Counted from the stretch's first letter, positions 19,100-29,279 are shown. The stretch: DNA of 64,000 nucleotides from Vulcanimicrobiota bacterium (GCA_963714015.1 OY970223.1:1056001-1120000); one strand, 5' to 3'. Numbers and translations: made by a program. The notes: a model not told the origin generated them from the letters alone.

Positions 19100-20641
19100 C
19101 TAGTTTACGCGGGGCTGCGAAACCGCGAGACCCTCGGTTTCCTGCAGCGCGACCGTGCTCTTTCGACGGCCGTAGGAGAAGTAAAAGATTAGGCCGATCA
19201 CGAGCCAGACGATGAACCAGAACCAGACGATAGGGAAAAAGCCGAAGACCACCGGGTTTCCGAACCGCAAATAATAGATGAGCCCGAGCGCGCTGACTGC
19301 GGACAGAATCGGAATGACGTACGGGCCGCCCGGGACTTGGAACGCGCCCTTCAACTCCGGGTGCTGCAGCCGCAAACGCGGCACGGCGATCGAAACGAGG
19401 ATGAACGCGGCAAGCGTGCCCATATTCGTGAGCGATCCGACGATATTGATCGGCGTGAACGCCGCGATCAACGCGATGCAGATCCCGAAGAAGATCGTCG
19501 AATAGATCGGCGTCCGCCACGTGGGGTGAATTCGCGTGAACGAAGGCGGAATCAGTCCGTCGCGCGACATGGCGAAGAAGATGCGGCTTTGGCCGAACAT
19601 CATGACGAGCAGCACCGTCGTCAGGCCGGCAATCGCGCCGAAAGAAATGATGACCGAAGCGGTCGATCCCCACGATAGCCCCATGTGGCTGGCGGCATAG
19701 GCGACCGGGAACGAGAGCGCATTGAGCAGCGTGTAGTATGGTACGACGCCGTTCAGCACGAACGCTACCGCAATGTAGAGCACGGTGCAAACCGCCAAGC
19801 TGGCGATGATGCCGAAGGGCAGATCGCGTTTGGGGTCGCGCGCCTCCTCAGCGGTCGTCGAAACCGCATCGAAGCCGATGTACGCAAAGAAGATGAGCGC
19901 GGCTCCGCCGAGCATGCCGCTGACACCAAACGGAAAGAAGCCGCCGTGATCGAGACCGCCGCCCGAGGGCAGCGGATGCGGCGGCAGACTGAAGTTCGAC
20001 ATATTGATGTGACCGAGCCCGATGATGATGAAGAACAGCACGATGCTGATCTTTACGGCGACGATTACGGCGTTGACCGTTCCGGACTCTTTCGTTCCTC
20101 GCACGAGCAGCGCTGTAATAATAAGAATGATGATCGCGGCGGGGATGTTGGCGTACCCGGAGGCTCCTTGGCCCGCGAGACCCCAGGTGGGGCCATTCGC
20201 CCACTGTGCGGGGATGTGCCAGCCTAACGTGTTCGTGATGTTTACGAAGTAGCCGGACCAGCCGATGCTTACCGTCGCGGCACCCAAAGCGTACTCCAGC
20301 ACCAAATCCCAGCCGATTATCCACGCCAAGAACTCTCCCAGCGTCGCGTACGTGTACGTATACGCCGACCCAGAAATCGGAATCTTGCTGGAGACCTCCG
20401 CATAACAGAGCGCTGCAAGCGCGCTGACGATGCCGGCGACGACGAACGAGATCATAATCGAGGGTCCCGAGCGTGTGGCCGTCGCGACGCCGATGAGAAC
20501 GAAGATTCCCGTACCGATGATGGCGCCGATGCCCATGGCCGTCAGCTGCCAAGGCCCAAGGGATCTTTTGAGTCCGCCTTCGTGGTCGGAGCCCTCGGCG
20601 AGGATTGTCGCCAGCGGCTTGATGCGTTGCATGATCATCAA
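19100..20641 (-). CDS. APC family amino acid permease
   Basis: GAIIGTGIF, GSAYTYTY, FFAYIGFDAVST, SRDGL. Confidence 0.93.
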   Translation of the reverse strand: MMIMQRIKPLATILAEGSDHEGGLKRSLGPWQLTAMGIGAIIGTGIFVLIGVATATRSGPSIMISFVVAGIVSALAALCYAEVSSKIPISGSAYTYTYATLGEFLAWIIGWDLVLEYALGAATVSIGWSGYFVNITNTLGWHIPAQWANGPTWGLAGQGASGYANIPAAIIILIITALLVRGTKESGTVNAVIVAVKISIVLFFIIIGLGHINMSNFSLPPHPLPSGGGLDHGGFFPFGVSGMLGGAALIFFAYIGFDAVSTTAEEARDPKRDLPFGIIASLAVCTVLYIAVAFVLNGVVPYYTLLNALSFPVAYAASHMGLSWGSTASVIISFGAIAGLTTVLLVMMFGQSRIFFAMSRDGLIPPSFTRIHPTWRTPIYSTIFFGICIALIAAFTPINIVGSLTNMGTLAAFILVSIAVPRLRLQHPELKGAFQVPGGPYVIPILSAVSALGLIYYLRFGNPVVFGFFPIVWFWFIVWLVIGLIFYFSYGRRKSTVALQETEGLAVSQPRVN

Positions 20642-20687
20642 GGCCGGAAATTAACCCTCGCCGGGCGACTCCCTGGTTCCGGGAGCG

Positions 20688-21401
20688 TTACTCGGCGCGG
20701 GAATAGCCCACGTATAGTCCTCGGCCGTTCAGGCCGGGCTCCTCGTACTCGACGTATAGTCCGGCTTTGCGAAAGGCATTGCGGTAATCGTCGTCGGTGA
20801 AGAGCGTCAGACGGTGGGGTTCGGTGAACGTGCGGATTCCGTCGCTCGAGGCGACCATGAAATGAAAGTTTAGAATGGAGACGTTGCCGTCGCGGCGGCT
20901 GACGCTCATCCGCGCCACTTTCAAGTCGGGATCGTCGACGAACAGTGCGTGGACAGAGCCGTCTTTCCAATCGGCCGGACGGATCCAGGGCTCGACGATC
21001 ACGACGCCTCCGGCCCGCAAGTGCCGCGCAAACGTCGCGAGCGCCTGATCCAGACGAGCGGTGTTGGGAAGTGCGCCGATACCGCCGAAGAGCGAGACGA
21101 TCCCGTCGAATCGTTTGCCCAAGTTGAATCCCATCATGTCGCCCAAATGGAACGGTACGCTGGGATTGCGATTGCGCGCGATGTCCAGCATCGTGCGTTC
21201 GATGTCCAGACCCTCGCAATCATAGTGTTCGCGCAGGTATTCGATGTGCTTGCCGGTCCCGCAACCAACGTCGAGCAGCGCCTTTCCGCCCGAACGGCAT
21301 CGCTGATCGATGATGCGGCGAAGGACCGCCGCCTCTGAGGCGTAGTCCTTCCCCATCGATCGGTAGAGCGCGTCGTAGTATTTGGCGGATTGCGTGTACA
21401 T
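20688..21401 (-). CDS. Class I SAM-dependent methyltransferase (TylM1/DesVI-like N-methyltransferase type)
   Basis: YDALY...KDYASEA, LDVGCGTG, HLRAGGVVIVEPW. Confidence 0.85.
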   Translation of the reverse strand: MYTQSAKYYDALYRSMGKDYASEAAVLRRIIDQRCRSGGKALLDVGCGTGKHIEYLREHYDCEGLDIERTMLDIARNRNPSVPFHLGDMMGFNLGKRFDGIVSLFGGIGALPNTARLDQALATFARHLRAGGVVIVEPWIRPADWKDGSVHALFVDDPDLKVARMSVSRRDGNVSILNFHFMVASSDGIRTFTEPHRLTLFTDDDYRNAFRKAGLYVEYEEPGLNGRGLYVGYSRAE

Positions 21402-21475
21402 CGAGCGCCGTGCGTTTTGCATTTGCCCGCGGAGGCCTGCCGGACAAGCGCGTCCGTTACTCGAAACGCGCGCGC

Positions 21476-22822
21476 ATGACGACGCGCGGTCGAAGCTACG
21501 ACGTATTGGTAATCGGGGGCGGTAACGCCGGATGCGCGGCCGCAATTGCAGCTGCGCGGCACGGCGCGCGAACGCTGCTCGTAGAACGTTACGGATTCTT
21601 GGGCGGCACGGCGACGGCCGCGATGGTGGGACCCTGGATGACTTTCCATTCAGGAAGCAAGCGCATCGTCGGCGGCATCGCGCAGGAGATCGTCGAGCGC
21701 CTCATGCGCGCCGGCGGTTCGCCGGGCCATCTTCAGGATTCTTCCGACTACGTTGCGACCATCACGCCGTTCGATCCCGAGATTCACAAAGCGCTTCTCT
21801 TCGAGATGACGCGCGAGGCCGGCGTGGATTTGCTCCTCCACGCGTACTTTCTGCGGGCGCTCGGGTCAGGCGGTGAAGTTTTCGGCGCCGCCTTTGCCAC
21901 TGTCGCCGGGGAGCGCGAATATCGCGCAGGCATCACGATCGACGCAACCGCGGACGCATTCGTCGCCGCCTCCGCCGGCGCGGCAACGCAGCAAGGTGAC
22001 GAACGCGGCCGAGTTCAGCCCGCGAGCTTGATGTTTCGGTTGAGCCACGTGGATCTCGCGAAAACCGCATCGTACGTTCGGATGCATCCCGATCAAATGC
22101 GCACCTCCCTCAAGGCGCACGAGCGGACGACGCTCTCGCTGACCGCAGTCGCCGGCCTGTACGACCTTTGGAACGAAGCGCTCGAGGCGGGTGCCGTCGC
22201 GATACCGCGCGAGCTCGTCTCGTTCTTCATCTCACCGTATCCCGACGAGGTGACAGTGAACATGACGCGCGTCACGGGCATCGATCCGCTCGATCCTGAC
22301 GATCTGACGCGCGCCGAGGTGGAAGCGCGCACGCAAGTGATGCAGCTGGTCGAGTTCTTCCGCTCGCGCGTTCCCGGTTTCGAGCAGGCGCGCATCGCCG
22401 CAACCGGTACGCAGATCGGCATTCGCGAGTCCCGCCGCATCGTCGGAGAATACACGCTCACGCGCGAAGACGTGCTCGAGGGGCGGCGATTTGAAGACGC
22501 GGTGGCGCGTAGCGCCTATCCGATCGACATTCACAACCCGTCCGGAAGCGGAACGGTCACGCATCGTTTGCCCGAAGGAGCGAGCTATGAGATTCCGTTC
22601 CGGTGCTTACTGCCTAAAAACGTCGATCGGCTTTTGGTCGCGGGACGCTGCATCTCGACGACGCACGAGGCGCTCGCCTCCACGCGTCTAACCCCGACCG
22701 TCATGACGCTCGGTCAAGCCGCCGGAACGGCCGCGGCGCTTGCCAAACGCGTCGGCGGTTTGCGTGAGATCGAAGCCCGGCAGCTTCGTGAAACGCTCGC
22801 CGAAGACGGCGTTCTGTTGTAA
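21476..22822 (+). CDS. FAD-dependent oxidoreductase (FAD_oxidored family)
   Basis: GGGNAG, LVERYGFLGG, IDATADA, IRESRRIVG, YEIPFRCL, LLVAGRCIS. Confidence 0.88.
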   Translation: MTTRGRSYDVLVIGGGNAGCAAAIAAARHGARTLLVERYGFLGGTATAAMVGPWMTFHSGSKRIVGGIAQEIVERLMRAGGSPGHLQDSSDYVATITPFDPEIHKALLFEMTREAGVDLLLHAYFLRALGSGGEVFGAAFATVAGEREYRAGITIDATADAFVAASAGAATQQGDERGRVQPASLMFRLSHVDLAKTASYVRMHPDQMRTSLKAHERTTLSLTAVAGLYDLWNEALEAGAVAIPRELVSFFISPYPDEVTVNMTRVTGIDPLDPDDLTRAEVEARTQVMQLVEFFRSRVPGFEQARIAATGTQIGIRESRRIVGEYTLTREDVLEGRRFEDAVARSAYPIDIHNPSGSGTVTHRLPEGASYEIPFRCLLPKNVDRLLVAGRCISTTHEALASTRLTPTVMTLGQAAGTAAALAKRVGGLREIEARQLRETLAEDGVLL

Positions 22823-23130
22823 TGCAGCGCGCAATCGCGCTCGCGCACGCGTTTGGCGTTCGGGTCGAGATCGCGGATTTGGGCGACTGGGGAAGTGACG
22901 AACTTCGATCCGAGTACGATCCCGACGGCCCGGTAATACGCATAAATCAACGAATCGTCGAGCGTCTCGATTCGAACGAAATCGGAAACTTCGTCGCGCT
23001 CGCAATAGGCCACGAGCTGTATCATCATCGCGAGCACCGCGGGGAGGTTGCACCTGCGCCGAATCGTTCCGCGCGCGAGCGCGCCGCCGACGATTATGCG
23101 CGCCGGCTCCTGGCCGAAGGGGAGCCGTAG
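22822..23130 (+). CDS. Small HExxH protein (ImmA/IrrE-like metallopeptidase domain)
   Basis: IRIN...AIGHELYHH...ERAADDYARRLL; 1-nt overlaps with both neighbours. Confidence 0.65.
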   Translation: MQRAIALAHAFGVRVEIADLGDWGSDELRSEYDPDGPVIRINQRIVERLDSNEIGNFVALAIGHELYHHREHRGEVAPAPNRSARERAADDYARRLLAEGEP

Positions 23131-24053
23131 TGCGGTATTTCGCGGGAATCGACGGCGGACAATCCGCGACGGCGGCAGTTGCCGCCGACGAACTCGGGCG
23201 GATTCTGGGACGCGGCACCGGACCCGGCGCCGACGAAGTCGGTGAACTGCCGGGTTCGAGCCGCCTGCACGACGCGCTCGGGACTGCGCTGACCGGCGCT
23301 ATCGCGGCAGCCAATCTCCCCGCCGGCGTGCAATTCGAGCGGATCGTTGCGGGCGTGAGCGGCTATGAAGGGCGGGTGTACGGAGAACCGCCGCAACTGC
23401 CGGCCGCATCGCTGACCCTGGTGCACGATGCGGTAAACGCCCATGCGGGCGCGTTCGCGGGACGTCCGGGCGTCGTCGTGATAGCCGGCACGGGTTCGGT
23501 TGCATTCGCTCGCAGCGAACGAGGCGCCGAAGCGGTAGCCGGCGGATGGGGGTTTCTGTTCGGTGATGAAGGTAGCGCGTTTTGGCTGGCGCGCAGCGCC
23601 GTCTCGGATGCGATGCGCGATGCCGACGCCGGTGAACCGAACGATCTCGCGCCCGTCGCGCTTCAGCATTTCGGCCGCACGTCGCTGCGCGATCTCTCCC
23701 GCGCGTTTTATGCGCGAGAGATCAGCCGCGCGCAATTTGCACTCTTCGCCGTCGACGTGCTCCAGGCAGCCGAACGAGGCAGCGAACCTGCGGCGCGCTA
23801 CGTGCGTGACGGTGCCGGGGCGCTCGTACGTTTGGCAATGCGCGCCGCCGTCAGCGCCGGGCTGCCGGCGGACGCCGAGGCGGCGTTTTTGGGCGGACTC
23901 ACCAAGAGCAGCACGATGCAAGGCGAGATTGCCCAGTGGATGCGCACGCTCATACCGAGCGCGCGCCGCGTCGCGCCCAAGCACGATGCTGCCGTCGGCG
24001 CATTGATTTTGGCCTATCGCGCTGCGGGCATCGATCCGCCGGTAATCGCATGA
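23130..24053 (+). CDS. BadF/BcrAD-type N-acetylhexosamine kinase
   Basis: GIDGGQSAT, VIAGTGS, GGWGFLFGDEGSAF. Confidence 0.85.
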   Translation: MRYFAGIDGGQSATAAVAADELGRILGRGTGPGADEVGELPGSSRLHDALGTALTGAIAAANLPAGVQFERIVAGVSGYEGRVYGEPPQLPAASLTLVHDAVNAHAGAFAGRPGVVVIAGTGSVAFARSERGAEAVAGGWGFLFGDEGSAFWLARSAVSDAMRDADAGEPNDLAPVALQHFGRTSLRDLSRAFYAREISRAQFALFAVDVLQAAERGSEPAARYVRDGAGALVRLAMRAAVSAGLPADAEAAFLGGLTKSSTMQGEIAQWMRTLIPSARRVAPKHDAAVGALILAYRAAGIDPPVIA

Positions 24054-24739
24054 ATCTGCTCGACCGCTTGCGCGGCGGATTGATCGTCTCGGTTCAGGCG
24101 CGCGCGGGTTCGGCGCTCGACGATCCGGCTGTGCTGGCGGCGATGGCGGCGGCCGCGCAAGAAAGCGGCGCGGCCGGCGTTCGCATTCAAGGGGTGCGAA
24201 ATCTGCATGCGGTGCGGTCGCGCGTCGGCTTGCCGGTGATCGGGATCATCAAACGCGAGTATGAAGACTTCGAGCCTTATATCACGCCTACGCTGCGCGA
24301 GATTCGCGAGGTACTGGAGACGGGCGCGGAGATCGTGGCGTTCGACGCGACCGCCCGGCCGCATCCGTCGGGCGTCTGCGTAGAGCAACTGGTCGCGGCA
24401 ATCCGGGCCGGCGGCGCGATCGCTATGGCCGACTGCGCGCAGGCCGCCGAGGGCGTGGCGGCGCAGGCTGCCGGCGCGGAGATCGTCGCGACGACCCTGT
24501 GCGGCTATACAAAGGAAACTCGCGGAGCGAAGCTGCCGGCGCTCGAACTCGTTCGTGAGTTCGCGGAGCTTGAGACATTTGTCATCTGCGAGGGTGGGAT
24601 ACATGCCCCGGCTTCAGCCGCCGCTGCTTTGCAAGCGGGCGCGCAGGCGGTTGTCGTCGGCACCGCAATCACCAATACCGAATGGCTCGTGCAGCAGTTC
24701 GTCTCCTCGCTTGCGCCACGAAAGTCGTGGCCCGCATAG
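24050..24739 (+). CDS. nanE: N-acetylmannosamine-6-phosphate 2-epimerase
   Basis: LIVSVQA, PVIGIIK, YITPT, FDATARP, TTLCGYT, EGGI, VVVGTAIT. Confidence 0.9.
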   Translation: MNLLDRLRGGLIVSVQARAGSALDDPAVLAAMAAAAQESGAAGVRIQGVRNLHAVRSRVGLPVIGIIKREYEDFEPYITPTLREIREVLETGAEIVAFDATARPHPSGVCVEQLVAAIRAGGAIAMADCAQAAEGVAAQAAGAEIVATTLCGYTKETRGAKLPALELVREFAELETFVICEGGIHAPASAAAALQAGAQAVVVGTAITNTEWLVQQFVSSLAPRKSWPA

Positions 24740-24746
24740 GACGGGT

Positions 24747-24760
24747 TTGCCTATAGTCAA
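24747..24760. promoter_or_regulatory. FNR/CRP-family-like box upstream of the oxidase operon
   Basis: TTGCC-TATA-GTCAA versus the FNR consensus TTGAT-N4-ATCAA; TATAAA at 24799-24804. Confidence 0.35.
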
Positions 24761-24828
24761 ATAGAGGTGAGCTCCGAAGGAGCCCGCGCCAGGGTATCTA
24801 TAAACCGCATGCGCCGTTTGGGGTTAGA

Positions 24829-25946
24829 GTGGCAGTAGAAAATAGAGATCCGGCAGTCCGGCTGGATAGCGGATTTTGGATCGTCACGGGCGGCTTGACC
24901 GTCCTAGCGATCTTGACCATCATTTGGTGGATCGTCGCGCCGATTACAAGCATCCTGCCCGAGTCGGTCGACAAAGCCGCGCAGATCGATACGCTGTACC
25001 GCTTCCTTGCCGCGTCCGGTTCGGCGCTGTTCGTGTACGTCTGCGGATACATCATCTATTTCTCGGTTGCGTTCCGCCGGCGCCCGAACCAGGCGGCCGA
25101 CGCCATCGGCGTCCAAATCCACGACAGCAACAAGCTGGAATTCTGGTGGACGCTCGGGCCCTTCGTCTACGTCGTGATCCTTGCGATCATCAGCGTGAAA
25201 ATTTTCTACGGCATCGAACCGTTCAACATGCCCAGCAACTCCCTGGTCGTCGAAGCGTTGGGCCACCAGTGGTTTTACACGTTCCGCTATCCCGGAATCA
25301 ACGGCGAGGTCAAGCAACTTCACCTGCCGCTGGGCCAACAGGTGACGATGCACGTCAGCGCCTACGACGTGATCCACTCGTTCTGGGTTCCCAGCATGCG
25401 TCTGAAGGCCGACATGGTGCCGGGCTTGGTGAACACGCTGGTCTTCACACCGACGAACGTCGGCAAGTACAAGATCATCTGCACCGAGTTCTGCGGCACG
25501 CTCCACGGCGACATGCGCAGCGGCACGGCCAACGATCCCGCCTACATGTACATCGATCCGCCGGCCAAATACAAAGCTGGTACGACTCAACGCAGAAAGC
25601 CAACGCGAACGAGAGTAATGCCGTCGCGATAGCTTCTACCACGGCAGTCACTTTGACCGGCGGCGATGCGGCTGCCGGTAAGGCGCTGTTCACGCAGAAA
25701 TGCTCGGCGTGCCACGCCCTGGGGCCGTTCGATCAGAAGATCGTCGGACCGGGCCTGAAAGGCGTGCTGCACGATCCCGCGCATCCGAGCCTCGTAAACG
25801 GGGATCCGGCAACGCCCGACGACGTAGCAAAGATCCTGCAGCACGGTTTCACCGGGCCGATGGGAACGATGCCTAACCAAACCGCCAACGCGATCAGCGA
25901 TAAAGACATCGCCAACCTGGTCGCATTCTTGAACACCTTAAAGTGA
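24829..25946 (+). CDS. coxB: Cytochrome c oxidase subunit II with fused cytochrome c (caa3 type; frameshift at about 25575)
   Basis: DVIHSFW and CTEFCGTLHGDM (CuA); CSACH heme c site and GTMP in the shifted frame. Confidence 0.92.
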
Positions 25947-25956
25947 GGAGTATTGG

Positions 25957-27636
25957 GTGTCAGTAGCAGCAGCAGTACATTCGGGCGGAATCGCCGACCA
26001 TATTCACCCGGAGCCGCAAGGCTTCGTCCGCAAGTATCTGTTCTCGATCGATCACAAGATCATCGGAATACAGTACATGATCACGGCCGGCATCTTCATG
26101 ATCCTGGGCGGCTTGCTCGCCGAGTTGATCCGCGTGCAGCTGATGAAGGCGAACGGCGGCTTCATGACGCCGGACACGTACAATACGGTATTCACGATTC
26201 ACGGGTCGACGATGGTATGGCTGGTCATCATTCCGATGCTGACCGGCGCCTTCGGAAACCTGATCTTCCCCGTGCAGATCGGTGCGCGCGACGTTGCGTT
26301 CCCATGGCTGAACATGATCAGCTTCTGGATATTTCCGATCGCCGGGCTGATGCTCTACTCGTCGTTTCTGATGGGCGCGCCCGCGGCGGGCTGGACCGAA
26401 TACCCTCCGATGTCGCTGCAGGGCGCTCCGGGAACCTCGATGTGGTGCGCCGCCATCTTCCTGGTCGGCATCAGCTCGACGATGACCGGCATTAACTTCG
26501 TCGTCACGATTCTAAAGATGCGCGCGCCCGGCATGACGTTCACGCGAATGCCGCTCTTCGTCTGGGGACAATTCGTGACTGCGCCGCTGCTCATGATCGC
26601 GACGACTGCGCTCGGCGCGGCACTCGCGGCGCTCTTCATGCAGCGCGAATTCGGCGTGGCCTTCTTCGATCCGACCAAAGGAGGCAGCCCGCTCCTTTGG
26701 CAGCACATGTTCTGGTTTTATTCGCATCCGGCCGTCTACATCATGATTCTGCCGGCATTCGGAGCAATCTCGGAAATTCTGCCGACGTTCGCGCGCAAGC
26801 CAATCTTCGGCTACAAGATGATCGCCTTCAGTTCGTGCGCGATCGCGATTCTGGGCTTTATGGTTTGGGCGCATCACATGTTCACCTCGGGCATGGCACC
26901 CGAACTGCAGCTCCCGTTCATGGTCCTCACGATGCTGATTGCCATTCCGACGGGCGTGAAGATCTTCTCTTGGGTAACGACGCTGTGGCGAGGCGTCATC
27001 AGTTTTGCGACTCCGATGCTCTTTGCGACCGGGTTTCTCGCGACGTTTACTTTGGGCGGAATCACCGGCGTATTCTTAGCAGCGGTTCCTTTCGACTTAC
27101 ACGCGCACGGCACGTACTTTATCGTCGCGCATCTGCACTACGTTTTGGTGGGCGGCAGCCTCATGGGAATCCTTGCGATGCTGTTCTTCTGGTACCCGAA
27201 GATGACCGGGCGCTTGATGAACGAGGTTCTCGGTAAATGGGCGTTCTGGCTGTTCCTGATCGGTTTCAACGGAACGTTCCTGCCGATGCACTGGCTCGGC
27301 ATGTGGGGCATGCCGCGCCGCGTCGCCGTCTACGATCCGCAGTTCCAGGCATGGAACGAAATAGCCTCACTCTTTTCCTTCATCATGACGGCGGCACTGT
27401 TGCTGGTCATCGTTAACGTCATCTGGAGCCTGAAGAACGGCAAGCCTTCCGGCCCGAACCCGTGGGGAGGACGCACGCTGGAATGGATGATTTCTTCGCC
27501 GATGCCGTACTACAACTTCAAGCATATTCCGTCGGTCTTCTCCACGCCGTACGACTTCGCCGAGCCGCTGCCGTACCGAGGCCTGGACGAAGAGCTCACC
27601 GATTCACCGCCGCCGGTTCCGGCAGGACACCATTAA
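25957..27636 (+). CDS. ctaD: Cytochrome c oxidase subunit I (A2 subfamily)
   Basis: DHKIIG, FWFYSHPAVY, WAHH, VAHLHY, GMPRR. Confidence 0.96.
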   Translation: MSVAAAVHSGGIADHIHPEPQGFVRKYLFSIDHKIIGIQYMITAGIFMILGGLLAELIRVQLMKANGGFMTPDTYNTVFTIHGSTMVWLVIIPMLTGAFGNLIFPVQIGARDVAFPWLNMISFWIFPIAGLMLYSSFLMGAPAAGWTEYPPMSLQGAPGTSMWCAAIFLVGISSTMTGINFVVTILKMRAPGMTFTRMPLFVWGQFVTAPLLMIATTALGAALAALFMQREFGVAFFDPTKGGSPLLWQHMFWFYSHPAVYIMILPAFGAISEILPTFARKPIFGYKMIAFSSCAIAILGFMVWAHHMFTSGMAPELQLPFMVLTMLIAIPTGVKIFSWVTTLWRGVISFATPMLFATGFLATFTLGGITGVFLAAVPFDLHAHGTYFIVAHLHYVLVGGSLMGILAMLFFWYPKMTGRLMNEVLGKWAFWLFLIGFNGTFLPMHWLGMWGMPRRVAVYDPQFQAWNEIASLFSFIMTAALLLVIVNVIWSLKNGKPSGPNPWGGRTLEWMISSPMPYYNFKHIPSVFSTPYDFAEPLPYRGLDEELTDSPPPVPAGHH

Positions 27637-27640
27637 TTAA

Positions 27641-28252
27641 ATGGCAGTAGCTAGCGTTAGGCGCGGCGGATTCGCTCACCACGAAGAGGCGGACCAGCTC
27701 TACATCGAGACTCGCGAACTGCGGGTCCAGGGCTTCCTGCTGTTCATGGTGAGCGACCTCGTCCTATTCTCGTCGTTCATCTTCGCCTATCTCTATCTGC
27801 GAAGCAGCGGACAAGGGTGGCCTCCGCCTGGCGGTCCAAAACTCGATCTCGCGCTCGCATCGCTCAACTCGGGCATCCTGTTCGGATCCGGTGCGACGAT
27901 GCACTTCGCGCTCGAGAATTGGAAGCACCGCAACTTCATGAAGTTCGCGTCGTGGATCGTCACGACGATCGTGTTCGGCATCCTCTTCCTGAGCGGTCAG
28001 ATCATCGAGTATGCGAAGCTCGCCGTCGGCTGGGGTAGCAGCGGTATCTTCGGCGCCGGGTTCTACACCCTGACGGGCATGCACGGCTTCCACGTTTTCT
28101 GCGGCATCATCTATCTGACGGTGCTTCTGCTGCAGGCGACGCACGGAAAGTATACCTTCACGCGGTACACGGGCCTTACTCTGGGCACGCTCTACTGGCA
28201 TTTCGTCGACGTCATCTGGGTCGTGCTCTTCTCGATTTTCTATTTGCTTTAA
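27641..28252 (+). CDS. ctaE: Cytochrome c oxidase subunit III
   Basis: FYTLTGMHGFHV and YWHFVDVIW. Confidence 0.93.
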   Translation: MAVASVRRGGFAHHEEADQLYIETRELRVQGFLLFMVSDLVLFSSFIFAYLYLRSSGQGWPPPGGPKLDLALASLNSGILFGSGATMHFALENWKHRNFMKFASWIVTTIVFGILFLSGQIIEYAKLAVGWGSSGIFGAGFYTLTGMHGFHVFCGIIYLTVLLLQATHGKYTFTRYTGLTLGTLYWHFVDVIWVVLFSIFYLL

Positions 28253-28267
28253 GGAGCGCTCATCGAA

Positions 28268-28483
28268 ATGGATGCAACATTAGCTCATGTGGAACGCGCT
28301 CTTGCCTTCGTCGTCGGCATCGTGGTGTTCTTCGTGGCGGCGATCGCGTTGAAGAACGACTGGGAGAGCAAAGGCATCGAGAACCAGGTCTTCAAAGGCA
28401 TGCTCGCGTTGCTTGCGCTCGGAGCGATCCTGGCCATTCTCGCCAGCATCAACGTGCTTGCCGGAAAAGGCGTGGAGATTTAA
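28268..28483 (+). CDS. Small two-TM membrane protein (possible oxidase accessory subunit)
   Basis: RBS AAGGAG; two hydrophobic helices; directly follows subunit III. Confidence 0.65.
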   Translation: MDATLAHVERALAFVVGIVVFFVAAIALKNDWESKGIENQVFKGMLALLALGAILAILASINVLAGKGVEI

Positions 28484-28484
28484 C

Positions 28485-28679
28485 ATGTACGATCCGGTAG
28501 ACGAGCGCGGCGTCCCGCAAAGCCGCGGCATTCCGAAGGCGGTGCAGATTGCCGTAATGATCGGCATAATCGCGATCTTCGCCGTGGGCTGGTGGACGTT
28601 GAGGTATGCCGGTTACGGCCACAACTGGCCGTGGCAGAAGAGCCTGCGCATCACCCTGAACGGCAACTACAACCCTTAG
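28485..28679 (+). CDS. Small single-TM protein
   Basis: GGAG RBS; MYDPVDERG...IAVMIGIIAIFAVGWW; 64 aa. Confidence 0.6.
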   Translation: MYDPVDERGVPQSRGIPKAVQIAVMIGIIAIFAVGWWTLRYAGYGHNWPWQKSLRITLNGNYNP

Positions 28680-28694
28680 CCGCTTATGTGATCG

Positions 28695-29279
28695 TTAGTC
28701 CAAATCGCGGCGTCGCGGCGCGATGCCGATTGCCAGCGTAGGCAGATCGGCGTCGGGAAGTACCCCGGTCGACTTGCCGTCGATTTTATGTATGCCGCCG
28801 TATTCCGAAAACTCCGCCATCGCCGGAACCGTCAGCGTCGGCAGTTTCTTGGTTCCGTAGCACTCCCACTCGCAGCACAGGTCCTGATCCTCGAAGAGCA
28901 CGGCGACGTAGCCGCTGCTCCCCAAATCGGATTGCTCGTCGGGTCCGCGATAGCGGATGTAACCGTCTACCTGATAAATCGGGCGGTACGTCTGGAAATA
29001 TGCGCGCAGCGGCGCAAAAAGTACCGCGATGAAGTAGGCGGTGAAGGCCAGCGCCATCAGCCCGAAAATCGGAGAGAGGATCCAAAGGTCATGCGGCTTC
29101 GAGACGCGCGAGCGCCAGATGATGCCGTAGGCCAGACCGGCAAAGAACAGCGCACCCAGCAGCGGTTCGATCGCTATCGCCATGCGCCCGGTCAAACCGC
29201 GCCACACGATGCGGCGCTCCGCGTCCGTCCACGGACGCCCTGCCAAATGCGAGTGGCGGCGTACCTTGCGCAGCTTCAT
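28695..29279 (-). CDS. Hypothetical two-TM membrane protein
   Basis: 194 aa; start overlaps the stop of the acyl-CoA dehydrogenase. Confidence 0.65.
   Translation of the reverse strand: MKLRKVRRHSHLAGRPWTDAERRIVWRGLTGRMAIAIEPLLGALFFAGLAYGIIWRSRVSKPHDLWILSPIFGLMALAFTAYFIAVLFAPLRAYFQTYRPIYQVDGYIRYRGPDEQSDLGSSGYVAVLFEDQDLCCEWECYGTKKLPTLTVPAMAEFSEYGGIHKIDGKSTGVLPDADLPTLAIGIAPRRRDLD

Noticed and set aside
25560..25632. Programmed frameshift producing subunit II with or without cytochrome c
   Set aside because: There is no canonical slippery heptamer, and the break lies at an AGCT site like the other indels.
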